Assembly: GCA_027493445.1 (NCBI GenBank)
Contig: JAOSKU010000001.1
Coordinates: 1,803,936 to 1,867,935 of the forward strand
DNA length: 64,000 bases
Origin: Thermoleophilia bacterium
GTDB taxonomy: Bacteria > Actinomycetota > Thermoleophilia > RBG-16-64-13
Direction of reading: 5' to 3'
The stretch's first letter is position 1, and each line of letters begins with the position of its first letter. The position numbers and the translations under genes are program-made. The notes beneath the pieces were generated by a model. The model did not search any database. It was not told the DNA's origin and saw nothing but the letters and a program-made list of their open reading frames with translations. Positions 19,949 through 30,931 of the stretch are shown here, in pieces.

Positions 19949-20348
19949 CGCTCGCCTTCACGCTCCACCAGCTCGGCGAGCCCTGGCAGAGCCCGGATGC
20001 TCATAAACGCTGACATTTCTCTTCTTCCTGAGCCTCTGCAGCCGTCTGACCACCGTCTGCTCCTCGGGCAGAGCGTCTTCCATGAACCGGGAAGTATTGA
20101 CCGCGATTCGCTCGATGGCCCGCATACGGAGCATGCCAATCGGCAGGATCGAAGATGGAGTAGTTCACCTCTCGGCCCAGGGCATTCTCGGCCGAGGAGA
20201 CGGCCTCGTGTAGCTTGTCCTGGTCGATGTCCCCGATGACCATGAGGTCGATGTCGGAGCGGGTGTCTTCGAGGTCCTTGGCTACCGAACCGTAGATGAA
20301 GACAGTCCGGATGGGGCCGATGTCCTCCGCGCGCCGTTTCCGTGACAC
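19949..20348 (-). CDS. MNT-type nucleotidyltransferase, frameshifted near 20170
   Basis: VFIYGSVAKDLEDTRSDIDLMVIGDID. The C-terminus (..LPIGMLRMRAIERIAVNTSRFMEDALPEEQTVVRRLQRLRKKRNVSVYE..) is in another frame. Confidence 0.55.
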
Positions 20349-20410
20349 GCCCTATGATGACTATAACAATAGCCATCTTTGAAGGAGACGATCGTGGGTC
20401 GCGAGTAACT
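20349..20410 (+). pseudogene. Truncated copy of phd/yefM promoter plus first four codons (VGRE stop)
   Basis: ctataacaatagccatctttgaaggagacgatcgtgggtcgcgagtaa closely matches 37381-37428, the intact phd start. Confidence 0.5.
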
Positions 20411-20423
20411 GACAGATACCCCC

Positions 20424-20650
20424 GTGGTCCTACTCCATGGAGCCCGGCAAACAGGCAAGAGCACCTTGGCACAGATGGTGGCCAGAGAGCAGCCGGGGGC
20501 ACGTTACCTCACGCTGGATGACCCTGTCACCCTCTCGGCCGCTCGGGCCGATCCTGCCGGTTTCCTGGCCGGCCTTCGCCAGCTCGCCATCATCGATGAA
20601 GTGCAGCGCGCGCCGGAACTCTTCCTGGCCCTGAAGGCGGGAGTTGCGGG
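20424..20650 (+). pseudogene. 3'-truncated DUF4143/COG1373 AAA ATPase (first about 75 codons only)
   Basis: VLLHGARQTGKSTLAQ Walker A and IIDEVQRAPELF, then unrelated sequence. Full-length paralogs are at 45279-46421 and 51936-53084. Confidence 0.6.
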
Positions 20651-21334
20651 GGCGGTTGGCCGCCCGTTGGGCGAGCGCTGGTGGCGTTGGAGCAGGAAGT
20701 CGCGGATCCGCCGCATCTCCCCCATGTTGAGCTCCCACATCCCATCGTTGGAGAAGGGGTGGGCGGAGAGTGAGAGGAACTTGGCGCCCTTCCGGTGACG
20801 CTCGATGATCTTCTGGATGGCACCCGGCACCTGGTCGGCTTTCGTCAAGGCCTGGGGGTCATGGCCCTTCCTGGCTATACGTCCGTTGTCTGACACGGCC
20901 ACCAAGACTTCGGTGGGACAGGAGCTGAACTCGCGCCGCACGAGACCAGCCAACCCCCTGTCCCGCAGCCTCTCGGCATGTCGCTGGAGCACGGCCCGGA
21001 GGAATTCACGCTGGCGCTCCGCCTGGAGGATCGGCGAGGGCATCCCCTGCGAGCGACGTCCGAACCGGCGCGGGCACTCCCCGTGCTCATTCACCTCGAT
21101 CTCCCCGCAGACGCTCTTGCTCTCGACGATCACCAAGCCCCAGCGGTGCAAGACCAGGTGATCGATCTGACACACGTCCCCGCCTTCCGCCAGACGAAGA
21201 TCATTGAAGACGAAGATGTCCTCGGGCGCCCGGAAGGCCCGGTCGAGGTAATGCTGTATTTGCCGCTCAGCCCGCAGGCCCGCCGCCAGCCAGCAGTCTG
21301 AAGCAGTCTTCTTGGCAACCTCTTTGATGACCAT
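20650..21334 (-). CDS. NERD (nuclease-related) domain protein, C-terminus probably replaced at junction with ATPase fragment
   Basis: FVFNDLRLAEGGDVCQIDHLVLHRWGLVIVESK. The ORF tail below about 20650 is antisense to the ATPase fragment and has junk composition. Confidence 0.65.
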
Positions 21335-21425
21335 GTTGGGGTTCTCGGCAGAAGCAGGCCATCAGTTGAGGGCCAGGTTTGTAGCCGATGATCGACGCCT
21401 TCGTAGACCTCTGGCGGCAGCCCTC

Positions 21426-21947
21426 TCAGGCGAACAGGCGAGCTACCGTGGCCATAGGGAGAAAAAGAGTCCGCTCACGGGAGGCAAGCCGGCAGAAACC
21501 GTGGGCCACGTAGAAGCCAGCCGATTCCTCATCCTTGGCCTCTGTGACGATTGCGAATGAGGCCACCTCTTGCGAGGCAGCGTGACTTCGGCGAAGAGCG
21601 TCGACCAGCAGGAGCTGGCCAAAACCCTGACCCTGCAGCCTCCTGTCCACACCCAACCGACCGAGCAGAGTCGCCGGCACAAGCGGATACCTGGGTAGCC
21701 GCTCGACCATCCCCTGGGGTAGGTCCACCAGGCGAACGGCGAGCTGAGAGAGCGTGTAGAAACCGCAGACCGTGCTCGCTTCATCGACTAGAACGTATGG
21801 GACGGCTACCCGCCGCCCGGCATCCTGGCCCGCGCGGCGTTGCAGGTACTCATCGAGAACCTTCACCCCACATTGAAACTGGTCACGATCATGGGACGAA
21901 TCAAGAACCTCGATGCGATACCCATCCCGATCGTGCACTGGGGGCAC
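21426..21947 (-). CDS. GNAT-family acetyltransferase toxin (TacT/KacT/AtaT-like)
   Basis: 173 aa GNAT fold immediately after a DUF1778 gene. The GTG start abuts the antitoxin TAG. Confidence 0.8.
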   Translation of the reverse strand: MPPVHDRDGYRIEVLDSSHDRDQFQCGVKVLDEYLQRRAGQDAGRRVAVPYVLVDEASTVCGFYTLSQLAVRLVDLPQGMVERLPRYPLVPATLLGRLGVDRRLQGQGFGQLLLVDALRRSHAASQEVASFAIVTEAKDEESAGFYVAHGFCRLASRERTLFLPMATVARLFA

Positions 21948-22262
21948 CTACCGCCCCAGTCGCTCCCGGTGCCGCTCAAGAGCATTCACGAGTCTTTCGC
22001 CGGGCTGGGGCGGATCGAGGAGGGCGTTCATAAAAGCGCGGCTGTCGAGCGCTGAGAGGGCGATCGTCTGGTGGAGCTGTACAACTTGGGCGGCCGCGAT
22101 CTCGAGACTGACGGTAGCGAAGTCGATCAACGACGCGCCCTGCAGGGCGGCCGCTCTTTCGAGCAACTCCTTCTGTTCGGGCCTCAGGCGTATCTCGAGG
22201 CGCGCGGTCTTCTGCCCGCTGGGCATAGAAGGCTGTGCACCCATGGCGTCGGCCAACGACAT
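21948..22262 (-). CDS. DUF1778 RHH antitoxin (TacA/KacA-like)
   Basis: ARLEIRLRPEQKELLERAAALQGASLIDFA. RBS GGAGGA 10 nt before the ATG at 22262. Confidence 0.8.
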   Translation of the reverse strand: MSLADAMGAQPSMPSGQKTARLEIRLRPEQKELLERAAALQGASLIDFATVSLEIAAAQVVQLHQTIALSALDSRAFMNALLDPPQPGERLVNALERHRERLGR

Positions 22263-22284
22263 GTTCTCCGGTTCCTCCATATCT

Positions 22285-22314
22285 GTAACTGTACGGCACA
22301 TTGCCGTACGTTAC
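22285..22314. promoter_or_regulatory. 30-bp near-perfect palindrome GTAACtGTACGGCAcatTGCCGTACgTTAC immediately upstream of DUF1778-GNAT operon
   Basis: Read from the sequence. It sits at -25 to -55 relative to the antitoxin start, typical of an RHH-antitoxin autoregulatory operator. Confidence 0.45.
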
Positions 22315-22578
22315 CAGCGTTACCGGCGAGTAGCTTAAGGCCACCAGTGTACACATAGCGGACCCCTCGCACTCTCCGACTTTCGATGGAGCTTGGCAGG
22401 CCGGGCAGGAAATGCCCGGGTCTTCCCTCGTCCGGCGATGGTCAGATCGCAGCCGTGGCCCATAGCAACGATCTCATGACGCCATGATGCCTCCGCCCCG
22501 CGCGCGCACTACGATCTCCACGATAGTCGATCGGTGAAGGGCGACTCAGAACCCAGTCTCCGGTGAACCCGCGCCGGT

Positions 22579-23601
22579 TCAGTACCGAGCTTGGGCGCAC
22601 GCACCGATCATGGTCCTGACGTTGTCGAGGGGCGTCTCCACGCCGATGTCGCACCCGGCGGCGAGAGCGAAGCCTCCACCGGACCAGCCCTTTTCTATGC
22701 ACAGTTTCGCTTCCCGCTGCACCTTATCGCTGGTACCCAGGAGGAGTGTGTCGGAGGGATCCACGTTGCCCATCAGGCACACGGCATCTCCCAAGGCCTC
22801 CTTAGCCACGTCCACACCCACGGCTGTGTCAAAGCTGAAAGCAGAGGGGGAGAGTTGCTTGATCAGGGGGAGGATCCTCGTGGTGTCTCCGCAGACGTGC
22901 AGTATTGGCTTCGGCCCCATGGCCTTGACCGTCTCGATCACGTGCCCGGCATAGGGGGCCGCGAACTCCGCGTAGTGTTGCGGGGAGATGAGGTCACCGG
23001 AGGCGGAAGGGTCGCACACGAAGAGCCCGTGGACTCCGAGCGACGCATACAGCTTCGCCGCGTCGATGACCACTTCCGCCGCGAACTCCAAGAGCTCCCG
23101 TGCGGTATCCGGCTTGCGGATGAGATCTTTCATCAAGTAGTCGACTTTTCTCAGATAGCTGGCCAGGGTGAAGGGTAGCGGTATCGTGGCGTAGCAGAAG
23201 AAGTCTTTGCTCAGCTGCTCCAAGAGCACCTCGGCCGTGCGTACGCTGGCTTCCACGCGATCATCTGCCGTAAGGTCCAGTGAGCGGAGTCTGGCTACAT
23301 CGGCCGACGATTCGAGGACGTGCTTCACCACCAGCGGACTGCCACTATCGAGAATCTTGGACGTGCACCCAAGCAGATCGATGTTGGCCACCCAGTCCCA
23401 GACGACCTCGAGGGCATCGAAGGGGCACACCTCTTGCGCCGCGATTGCGGCCTGGGCCGCTGCGACGGGATCCGCCAGGGACTTCGGAACCGTTACCCCG
23501 AATGCGTCTAGGGCCCAGTACCCCTGAAACGGGGGCGCCACCGGCACCTGGTCTGGAAGTGAGCCTTCAAGGACCGCAGAGAATCTCTCTTTTCCGTTCA
23601 C
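22579..23601 (-). CDS. Uroporphyrinogen decarboxylase (URO-D) family protein, MtaA/CmuA-like methyltransferase subfamily
   Basis: 340 aa aligning along its length with URO-D-like proteins (..ILHVCGDT.., ..GNVDP.., GGGFALAAGCDIGVETP). GTG start with RBS AGAGGGAAG. Confidence 0.7.
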   Translation of the reverse strand: MNGKERFSAVLEGSLPDQVPVAPPFQGYWALDAFGVTVPKSLADPVAAAQAAIAAQEVCPFDALEVVWDWVANIDLLGCTSKILDSGSPLVVKHVLESSADVARLRSLDLTADDRVEASVRTAEVLLEQLSKDFFCYATIPLPFTLASYLRKVDYLMKDLIRKPDTARELLEFAAEVVIDAAKLYASLGVHGLFVCDPSASGDLISPQHYAEFAAPYAGHVIETVKAMGPKPILHVCGDTTRILPLIKQLSPSAFSFDTAVGVDVAKEALGDAVCLMGNVDPSDTLLLGTSDKVQREAKLCIEKGWSGGGFALAAGCDIGVETPLDNVRTMIGACAQARY

Positions 23602-23648
23602 GTTCTTCCCTCTCGCGTGATGTGAAGGGTGGGCACAGCGATGCTCCC

Positions 23649-24633
23649 TCAGTCTCGCGCGAGGAGCTCGCGACACTCCTGGGTCAGGGCCGGAACAATC
23701 CTGAAGAGGTCCCCAACAATACCGTAGTCGGCCCGCGTGAAGATGTACGCGTCGGGGTCCTTGTTGATGGCTACGATGCAGTGCGACGAGGACATGCCGG
23801 CGAAGTGTTGGACCGCCCCTGAGATCCCGCATGCGATGTAGAGCTTTGGAGACACCTGCTTGCCCGTCTGGCCCACCTGGTGATCTTCGCTGATCCACCC
23901 TGAGTCGACGGCCGTTCTTGAGGCCCCCACCGCCCCCCAGGACATCGGCGAGCTCGCGCACGACCGAGAAGCCCTCGGGTCCCCCCACTCCTCGGCCGCC
24001 CGAGACGATGATGTCGGCTTCCTGCAGGCTTACATGCCCCGCCGGCTCGCGCACGATCTCCCGCACTACCGCAGTCAGAGTGCCGGGCGGCAGGTTGGAT
24101 TCTACCCTCTGGTATGGCACTTCCGAGACTGGAACTGGAACCATACCCAATGCGTTGGGTCGAAAGGTCGCGAAGACAGGGCCGGCGGTCCCACCGGACA
24201 CTCGGGCATTCAGCTTGCTGCCGTAGAGGGGCCGCTTGAAGCTGAACTCGCCATCGGTGAACGCAAAGCCGGTGCAGTCGCTGGCAAGTGTCGCCCCCGT
24301 TCGCTCCGCCACGCGCGGCGCGAGGTCGCGCGCCTGTGGCGTGTTTCCGAAGAGTACCGCGCGAGGTTGCCGCTCCTTTACACAAGCCGCCAGGGCGGCG
24401 ACGAAACCCTGGCTGGAGTAGCTCTCCAACTCGGGAGCGTCAAGATGAAGCAGAAGATCAGCGCCGAACTGGGCCAGACGCTCGGCGGGACTCTCCGGAA
24501 GGGGGCCTGCCGCCACGGCGACAAGCGGCTCACCCAAGGAGTCGGCCACACCACGAAACTGAGAAAGGAGTTCTCCAGTCACCTTGCGGAACTCGCCGTC
24601 CTTGGTCTCTGCGAACACGAACACTCCAGGCAT
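23649..24633 (-). CDS. etfA: Electron transfer flavoprotein alpha subunit; frameshift at C6 run near 23945
   Basis: N-terminal and FAD-binding region (..[26 protein letters not shown]) in one frame. The conserved C-terminus ([47 protein letters not shown]) is in ORF 23649-23945. RBS GGGAGGA. Confidence 0.8.
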
Positions 24634-24646
24634 CTGCGAGTCCTCC

Positions 24647-25432
24647 CTAGATGACTTTGGCTTCGTCTCGGAGGAGGTGGGCCAGACTACGGGCCGCCTC
24701 CGCGGGATCACCATCAATCATGCGACCGGCCGCCCGCGCCGGAGGAGGCTCCAGCGTGAGAATGCGGCTCTGCCGGCTCGCAGCGGCCGACTGATCGAGG
24801 CCAAGCTCCGCGGGGGAAAAGAGAGCGATCTCCACGCGCCTGGCCTTCATCACGGCCGGGATCGCCGGGTACCGGGGGGCGTTGAGGCCTTTTTGCGCGG
24901 TCACCAGCGCGGGCAAGGGCAGTTCACGCACTTCAACTCCGCCTTCAATCTCGCACCGAGCAATGAGCTTGCCGTCCTCCACGTCCAGCTTGGTGACCGC
25001 GTTTCCGTGCGGAATGCCCAGCTTCTCCGCAAGCCGCAGGCCTACCTGGGCGGCGGCATCGTCGATCGCCACCCGTCCGCACAGTATGAGGTCGAAGCCG
25101 AGACGCCGCGCGACCGCGCAAAGCACTTCTGCTGTGACGCCGGAATCGGCCTCGGCGAGTGAATCGTCCCAGACGCGGACAGCGGCGTCGGCACCCATGG
25201 CAAGACCCCGGCGAAGCACTTCCTCGGTCCGCTCCGGCCCCATGGTCACCAGGGTGACAGTCGTTCCGGCTTCGCCTCTTTCTCGGATCTGGATGGCCTC
25301 CTCGACAGCGAACTCGTCGTAGGGGTTCATGATGAAGGTGATACCTGTCTCCTCGATCGAACGGCCGTCCGGAGAGACCTTCACCTGCGCCTCGGTATCC
25401 GGCACTTGTTTCGTACATACGACGATCCGCAT
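24647..25432 (-). CDS. etfB: Electron transfer flavoprotein beta subunit
   Basis: MRIVVCTKQVPDTEAQVKV... canonical EtfB N-terminus. 261 aa. Confidence 0.85.
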   Translation of the reverse strand: MRIVVCTKQVPDTEAQVKVSPDGRSIEETGITFIMNPYDEFAVEEAIQIRERGEAGTTVTLVTMGPERTEEVLRRGLAMGADAAVRVWDDSLAEADSGVTAEVLCAVARRLGFDLILCGRVAIDDAAAQVGLRLAEKLGIPHGNAVTKLDVEDGKLIARCEIEGGVEVRELPLPALVTAQKGLNAPRYPAIPAVMKARRVEIALFSPAELGLDQSAAASRQSRILTLEPPPARAAGRMIDGDPAEAARSLAHLLRDEAKVI

Positions 25433-25537
25433 CGCTTCCTCCTCGAGTGACCCGACAGTCAGTGGGATCCCGGAGTAACCCGGGATCCCACGCCGTGTAT
25501 CCGTTCGCGCCTGGTAGAGGCCCCTCAGCGTGCGAAG

Positions 25538-26860
25538 CTACCGAGAGGGCGTCGGCTCCCATTTCGGACCGGCCCACTCGTAGTCGTAGTAGTCCAACAC
25601 CACGTCCATCTGCGTACGATAGCGACCACCAAGCCAGAGCTCGGCCTGCTTGACATCCCGGTAGTACTTCTCGAGGTGGTACTCGTGCGCGGTGCCGTAC
25701 GAGCCCATCAGATCCATCGCGGTCTCGATGATGCGCCGCGCGGCCATCAGGCAGGCTTGGTCTACCGAGGCCGCCCGAGAGTACATGAACTTGCCCCAAA
25801 GAGGTCCGTATTTCTCTGGATGATCCGCCATGTAGCAGCCCTGCATGTACGAGGCTCGGGAGTAGTCCCACATGTGAATGAGCCCGCCAATGGTATGCAC
25901 GAACACCGAGTGCTCACGCATGGGCTTGCCGGCGACGATGCGGTCCTTGGAGAAATCGAGGAGGATCTCGAGGACGGTCTGGCAGGCACCATTGACGTAC
26001 GCGGGCGTGGTGAGCTTGTCCTCAACCGCCAACTCCTTAAAGAGGTCGACGTCCTTCATGTCGGTGCCCCAGGTGGCCGCGTATTCGACCGGCACCCGCA
26101 CGTCGTCGTAGAAGACCTCTGTGTTGGTGTCGGTGCAGCACATCCCCATGGTGGGAATCGGTTTCCCGAACGAGAGGCCCTTGGCGTCGGCGGGGACGTA
26201 GATGAGCTTGATGCCGTCGTCGCCCAGATTGGGATCGGTGGTAGTGAGCGTCATGTAGCCGATGTCGGCCACGCTTGCCCCGCTGGGCCATATCTTGGCT
26301 CCGTTAATGACCCACTCGTCGCCTTCGCGCCGAGCAATGGTGCGGAGGGTCCGTCCGTGCTGGGTGGTGTCATCGATGTTGGTGCCGCCGGCAGGCTCGG
26401 TAAGTGACGTACAGGCCCGATGATGCTTGCCGTCGAGGAGGGGAGGGCCGAAGATGTCGATCAGATCCGTGCGTCCGGCATACAACATCGGCGAGTAGAA
26501 CCAGTACAGAAGGCTGACGTCCAGCGCGATACCGCAGTCCGCGCGGCCGAGTTCCTCGATGAGCATGGCGTATGTGACCATGCTCTTCATGACACCGCCA
26601 AGTCCGCCCTTCTCTTCCGGAAGGATCGCGCGGGGCCATCCCGAGTCGTAGATGGCCTGCATGGCCGTGGCTATGGCCACATCGGCGACCGCCTGATCGT
26701 GGGTCCAGCCGCCGTCAAGGTCGCGGCGCAGCGGCATGATGACCTCGTCGACCAGGTTGTGCATGTTCTCAACAACCGCGTAGACTTCTTCGCGCGGCTC
26801 AGGGAGGAAACACTCACAGAACTTCTTTCGTACGTCGAAATTCGGATGGTAGTAGCTCAC
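25538..26860 (-). CDS. Acyl-CoA dehydrogenase family protein
   Basis: 440 aa with the ACAD N-terminal, middle and C-terminal domain arrangement. Confidence 0.85.
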   Translation of the reverse strand: MSYYHPNFDVRKKFCECFLPEPREEVYAVVENMHNLVDEVIMPLRRDLDGGWTHDQAVADVAIATAMQAIYDSGWPRAILPEEKGGLGGVMKSMVTYAMLIEELGRADCGIALDVSLLYWFYSPMLYAGRTDLIDIFGPPLLDGKHHRACTSLTEPAGGTNIDDTTQHGRTLRTIARREGDEWVINGAKIWPSGASVADIGYMTLTTTDPNLGDDGIKLIYVPADAKGLSFGKPIPTMGMCCTDTNTEVFYDDVRVPVEYAATWGTDMKDVDLFKELAVEDKLTTPAYVNGACQTVLEILLDFSKDRIVAGKPMREHSVFVHTIGGLIHMWDYSRASYMQGCYMADHPEKYGPLWGKFMYSRAASVDQACLMAARRIIETAMDLMGSYGTAHEYHLEKYYRDVKQAELWLGGRYRTQMDVVLDYYDYEWAGPKWEPTPSR

Positions 26861-26919
26861 ATCTCACACTCCTGCTGGCGGTTGATGGCAGCCCCTCGCA
26901 GCCGCCCATGTCGCTGACC

Positions 26920-28280
26920 CTATTCGGCCCCTTCTACTACTCCTTGCTGCGCGCGAACCGCGTAGTTCTCCGGATTCCTTCTCGCTTCGAAGATCATCAC
27001 CAGCCAAATGACTGCGCCAATCGCAACATAAGCGGCGAACACCTTCCACATCAGAGTGTCAAGATACTTGGCACTGAAATAGAGAATGGCCAGTGACGCG
27101 AGGACCGCCAACGCACCCAGGAGATTGCCCACGGGCAGCTTCCACGGCCGGGCCCATTGTGGATACTTCCGTCGTAGCTGTAGAAACGCAAGGCTCGATC
27201 CCGTGTAGGCCACTCCAAGTCCCGTTGCCATCAAGGCCAACAAAGCCGCCAGCCAGTTGGTTCCGGACGCGACTATGAAGAAGATGCATATCGCGAGGAT
27301 AACCACGCTGGCGTTGCCGGGAGTACTGTTCTTGTTCAATCTGTCGAACCACGCGGGCAGGATTCGTGCTTTGCCCATGCTATAGAGAATCCTTGCGCTC
27401 GCGAGCCAGAAACCGGTCAGTGTAGTAATGATGGTCAGTAGAGCCACCCCTGCCACCATGTACTGGAACCAACGTCCAAAGAGGTGCCCCCGATGGTTGC
27501 GTCGACCATCTCCGTGTTTTGCAGTTCGCTCCAGGGGAGCATGCCGGAATCGACGAGTGGTAGTATCGAATAGAACACGATGCAAAAAGCAAGACTCCCC
27601 AAGATTATCTTCCAGAATGACCTCGCTGGATAGTTACATTCTTGTACGAACTGAGGGACTAGTTCAAAACCAAAATACATAGTGATCATTAACGCCGCGC
27701 CCGTGAAAAAACCGCCTGCTCCTGTAGCGAAAAATGGACTCCAGTTTGTGGTCGTGAATGTATCGTTCGTCGTAAACATCAGGATGACAACAACTGCCAC
27801 GAGAAGCATTACTACGGTCATGCCAAACTGAGCCGTAGCGCTGACAATTATCGAACGGGAGGCCAATAGGAAGATCAGGATGGCCACGATGATGCCGATA
27901 ACGACCAGTTGCAGCTGCGTCATGTCTGGCCACCAGAGGTACTGTACGAGCTGAATAGCAGCCATGATCAGGAAACCAAGGACTGATAAATAGGCCAGCA
28001 GCAAACCCCAGGTCGACCAGAAGGCCGCATGTTTTCCGAAGGCGGAATTGACGTAGACAAACGGCCCACCCGTGAAGGGCAACATGGCCGTCATCTCTCC
28101 ATAAACCAGAGCGATTGGCACACACATGATCCCCACGAGAGTGAACGCGAGGCCGATCGATGGGCCGCTCAGCTGGATCCACCACTGCATCATCACGACC
28201 CAAGGCCCTATCATCGCCCCGATGGCCATGGCCAAGAGGTACCACGGGTTGAAGCTCTTACATGTCTTCAGATCCTCCAC
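26920..28280 (-). CDS. APC-superfamily permease; frameshift at GGGGG run near 27530
   Basis: ORFs 27435-28280 and 26920-27585 are both polytopic and join into a 12-TM transporter. Confidence 0.7.
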
Positions 28281-28756
28281 TTGCTCCTCCTAAGATGCTG
28301 TCGCTGCACGCTCGCGGCGAGGTGGGGGCTCAACTTGAGGAGATCACATCGCTCCAGAAGCGCGGGCTGGACCCTCGTCGCCCTACTCGTCAAGGGCCGC
28401 CCTGACGCTCCCGCTGCCGGTGCTCGATCGAAAACCCCCTTTCCCCCTGAGACTCGAGCCTGCCCCTGGCGTTATCCGGTGACCGCCCCCTGCGAGACAC
28501 CGCGGAGCCTGCATCAAACTCTCACACCAAGTGCGCCACGCGATAGGGGGCAGAAGGGGATGCGGACCCCCCATTTGGGTATGAGATCGCCCCATCCGGG
28601 GTATCGACGCAGGCTCGACATCGGGGGCGGCGCGTTCGGTCGGGCGCGCGCCCCCCGATCCTCGTTCGTCTGCTAGAGTCATAGACCACCGGGAATGATC
28701 TTGAGGGACGGTCCCTCTATGCTCCCGCAGGTTCCTGGCCGGAGGTCGGATCGGAC

Positions 28757-30931
28757 GTGCCGAGATATCATGTCAAGACGCTTCTTGCCGCGGCGCTCTC
28801 GCTGCTCGGCCGAGGCGATCTCAGCGTTGATCACGCGAGTGTCGCTCTACTTGAACCAATGGCAGCCGGTCCAGCTCATCCCGGGCTGGACGGTTCACCC
28901 ACCCCCCTCTTGGGGTCGAGGCTTCGTCTTCTGATCGACTCGGGCGACGCCATCGAATCCGTCAGCGGCGAGGGGTGGAGCGCGTGGGGACTGGAACGCC
29001 CAAGGAAGGGCGAAAGCGCTCGCGTTCTCCTGGGGCGAATCAGTCCCACCTTGGCCAACGTGCTCCCCGGGTCGGAACACCAGGTCAGGCCCCTGCAGAC
29101 TCGCTTCCTTGCCGGACTCGGGCCGAGGGGGGCCTTGTGCTCGGCCACGTTGTCCCCGCCCGGCGCCGAGGGAGCAAGGCTGCTCGACATCACGGTCGAG
29201 GAGCTCTTGGATCCGGCCTGCAACGGTCTCCTGGCACACTGCATGGAACTAGAAGAGAGCGCGCGGGCGGCTCGGGAAATCCTCTCTGCGCTCGACAGGG
29301 GCTCCGACCTGAAGACAAAGGCCCAGGCCTTCCTGCCGCGCCTGGTGGGGGCCCTCGGGATGACTGCCGGAGCCGTGTTCATCCCACGTGCCGAGACGAA
29401 AGCCGATTTCCTGGCAGCATACGGCGCCACTCACCAGCGCGGGCACCCGTATGACGCGCTCGATCTGACCGATACCCGACTTGTGCCTCTCAGGTACGAT
29501 GCCGCCTACATTGAGATGGTCAAGGGGGCGAGTACCCAGCCCGCCATCGGTGCGTTGCTGGCTCGTGGGTACACCTACGCGGTGCTGACATGCGCCACGG
29601 TCGGCCACGAGAACGTTGCCTACCTTCTGTTGAGCGGGAGGCGGGAGACGCCGCTGAGTCTCCGGGAATCAGGCTTTCTGGCCACCGTCTGCCAAGCTCT
29701 CGGCCCGACTGTGAGGAATCACATGCTCTCCGATGAGAGCCTCCGCGATGCTGCGTTGCGCGATTCCTCGCAGGCCGTCTTTCGCGCGATCTCCCAAAGT
29801 CTCGACTTGGAACAGACATTCCTCGAGATCGTCACCAACGCCGCTGGAGCTGTCGGAGCCTCCCACTGTCTTCTGCTTCAAAAGATGGCCGCGGGTGATG
29901 TCCTCACCGTCGCTGCTACTTCCGATCCAGAGGCCTCCCGTTTGATGGGCCTGAACGTGCGATTCGAGGGCGGCACGCCTCTGTCCGACCAGATCGGGAA
30001 GATCCGCAATCTCACCGTCGACGACTTGGTTCCAGGTGTTCGCGTGAGCCCCGAAATCAGCCGACTTCTCGATTTTCGCTCAGCGCTATGGGTGCCCGTG
30101 TATACCCAGAACAAGCTGATGGGATCATTGGTTTTCTACTCGATGGGAAGGAGAAAACGCTACTCGGCCGCCGACATGACCAGGGCGTCGGATATCGCGG
30201 CACAGGCGGCGATCGCTATCCACAACGCCCACATCTACCAAGATCTCGTGCAGAGCAGAGAGCGTGTTCGGACCCTGCTGTCGAGACTATCCAGCATACG
30301 GGAGAGCGAACGGAAGCGCATTGCCACCGTTATCCACGACGACATCGTGCAGGCGATCGTCGGGGCGACGTATCTCCTGGAAGCTTTTCGCCTTTCCTCG
30401 AGAACCGAAGAGGTGGTAACCGAAGCGATCGAGTTGATGCGGGAGACGGTAGCGGACGCGCGCCGCGTGATCTGGGAGCTTCGGCCACCGGTTCTGGAGG
30501 AGTTCAGCCTCGAAGAATCGCTCGTGACTCTTGCGGAACACCTCGACCCGGTGGGGGTCATTGTGCCCGAAATCGTTTGCGACATCCGGCATATGCCTCC
30601 TCTGCCGGTGGACACGTCGGCGGTCATCTACAAGATCGCCCGAGAGGCGTTGCTGAATGCCGTCCGGCACGCGGGCCCACGTCTAATCGAGATGAGCCTC
30701 ACCACAAACGACTCTGCCGGCGTTACAGAGATCCATTTGACTGTGCGGGATGACGGCGTCGGCTTCGACGCGACGCAGATGGGCAAGGATTTCCATTACG
30801 GCCTCAGCATGATGGAGGAGCAGGCGATTATGATTGGAGGCGAGGTGGCCATCCTGTCCGAGGTGAACCGGGGCACAACGGTGCGGGTGCGGATCCCCTG
30901 GCATCCGGTATTCGAGCAGCAGGCAGTCTGA
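28757..30931 (+). CDS. Sensor histidine kinase with N-terminal GAF-like domains, HisKA_3 (NarL-type) dimerisation and HATPase_c
   Basis: H-box ESERKRIATVIHDDIVQ. ATP-lid motifs LLNAVRHAGP, DDGVGFD and GGEVAILSEVNRGTTV. Stop overlaps the response-regulator ATG. Confidence 0.8.
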   Translation: MPRYHVKTLLAAALSLLGRGDLSVDHASVALLEPMAAGPAHPGLDGSPTPLLGSRLRLLIDSGDAIESVSGEGWSAWGLERPRKGESARVLLGRISPTLANVLPGSEHQVRPLQTRFLAGLGPRGALCSATLSPPGAEGARLLDITVEELLDPACNGLLAHCMELEESARAAREILSALDRGSDLKTKAQAFLPRLVGALGMTAGAVFIPRAETKADFLAAYGATHQRGHPYDALDLTDTRLVPLRYDAAYIEMVKGASTQPAIGALLARGYTYAVLTCATVGHENVAYLLLSGRRETPLSLRESGFLATVCQALGPTVRNHMLSDESLRDAALRDSSQAVFRAISQSLDLEQTFLEIVTNAAGAVGASHCLLLQKMAAGDVLTVAATSDPEASRLMGLNVRFEGGTPLSDQIGKIRNLTVDDLVPGVRVSPEISRLLDFRSALWVPVYTQNKLMGSLVFYSMGRRKRYSAADMTRASDIAAQAAIAIHNAHIYQDLVQSRERVRTLLSRLSSIRESERKRIATVIHDDIVQAIVGATYLLEAFRLSSRTEEVVTEAIELMRETVADARRVIWELRPPVLEEFSLEESLVTLAEHLDPVGVIVPEIVCDIRHMPPLPVDTSAVIYKIAREALLNAVRHAGPRLIEMSLTTNDSAGVTEIHLTVRDDGVGFDATQMGKDFHYGLSMMEEQAIMIGGEVAILSEVNRGTTVRVRIPWHPVFEQQAV

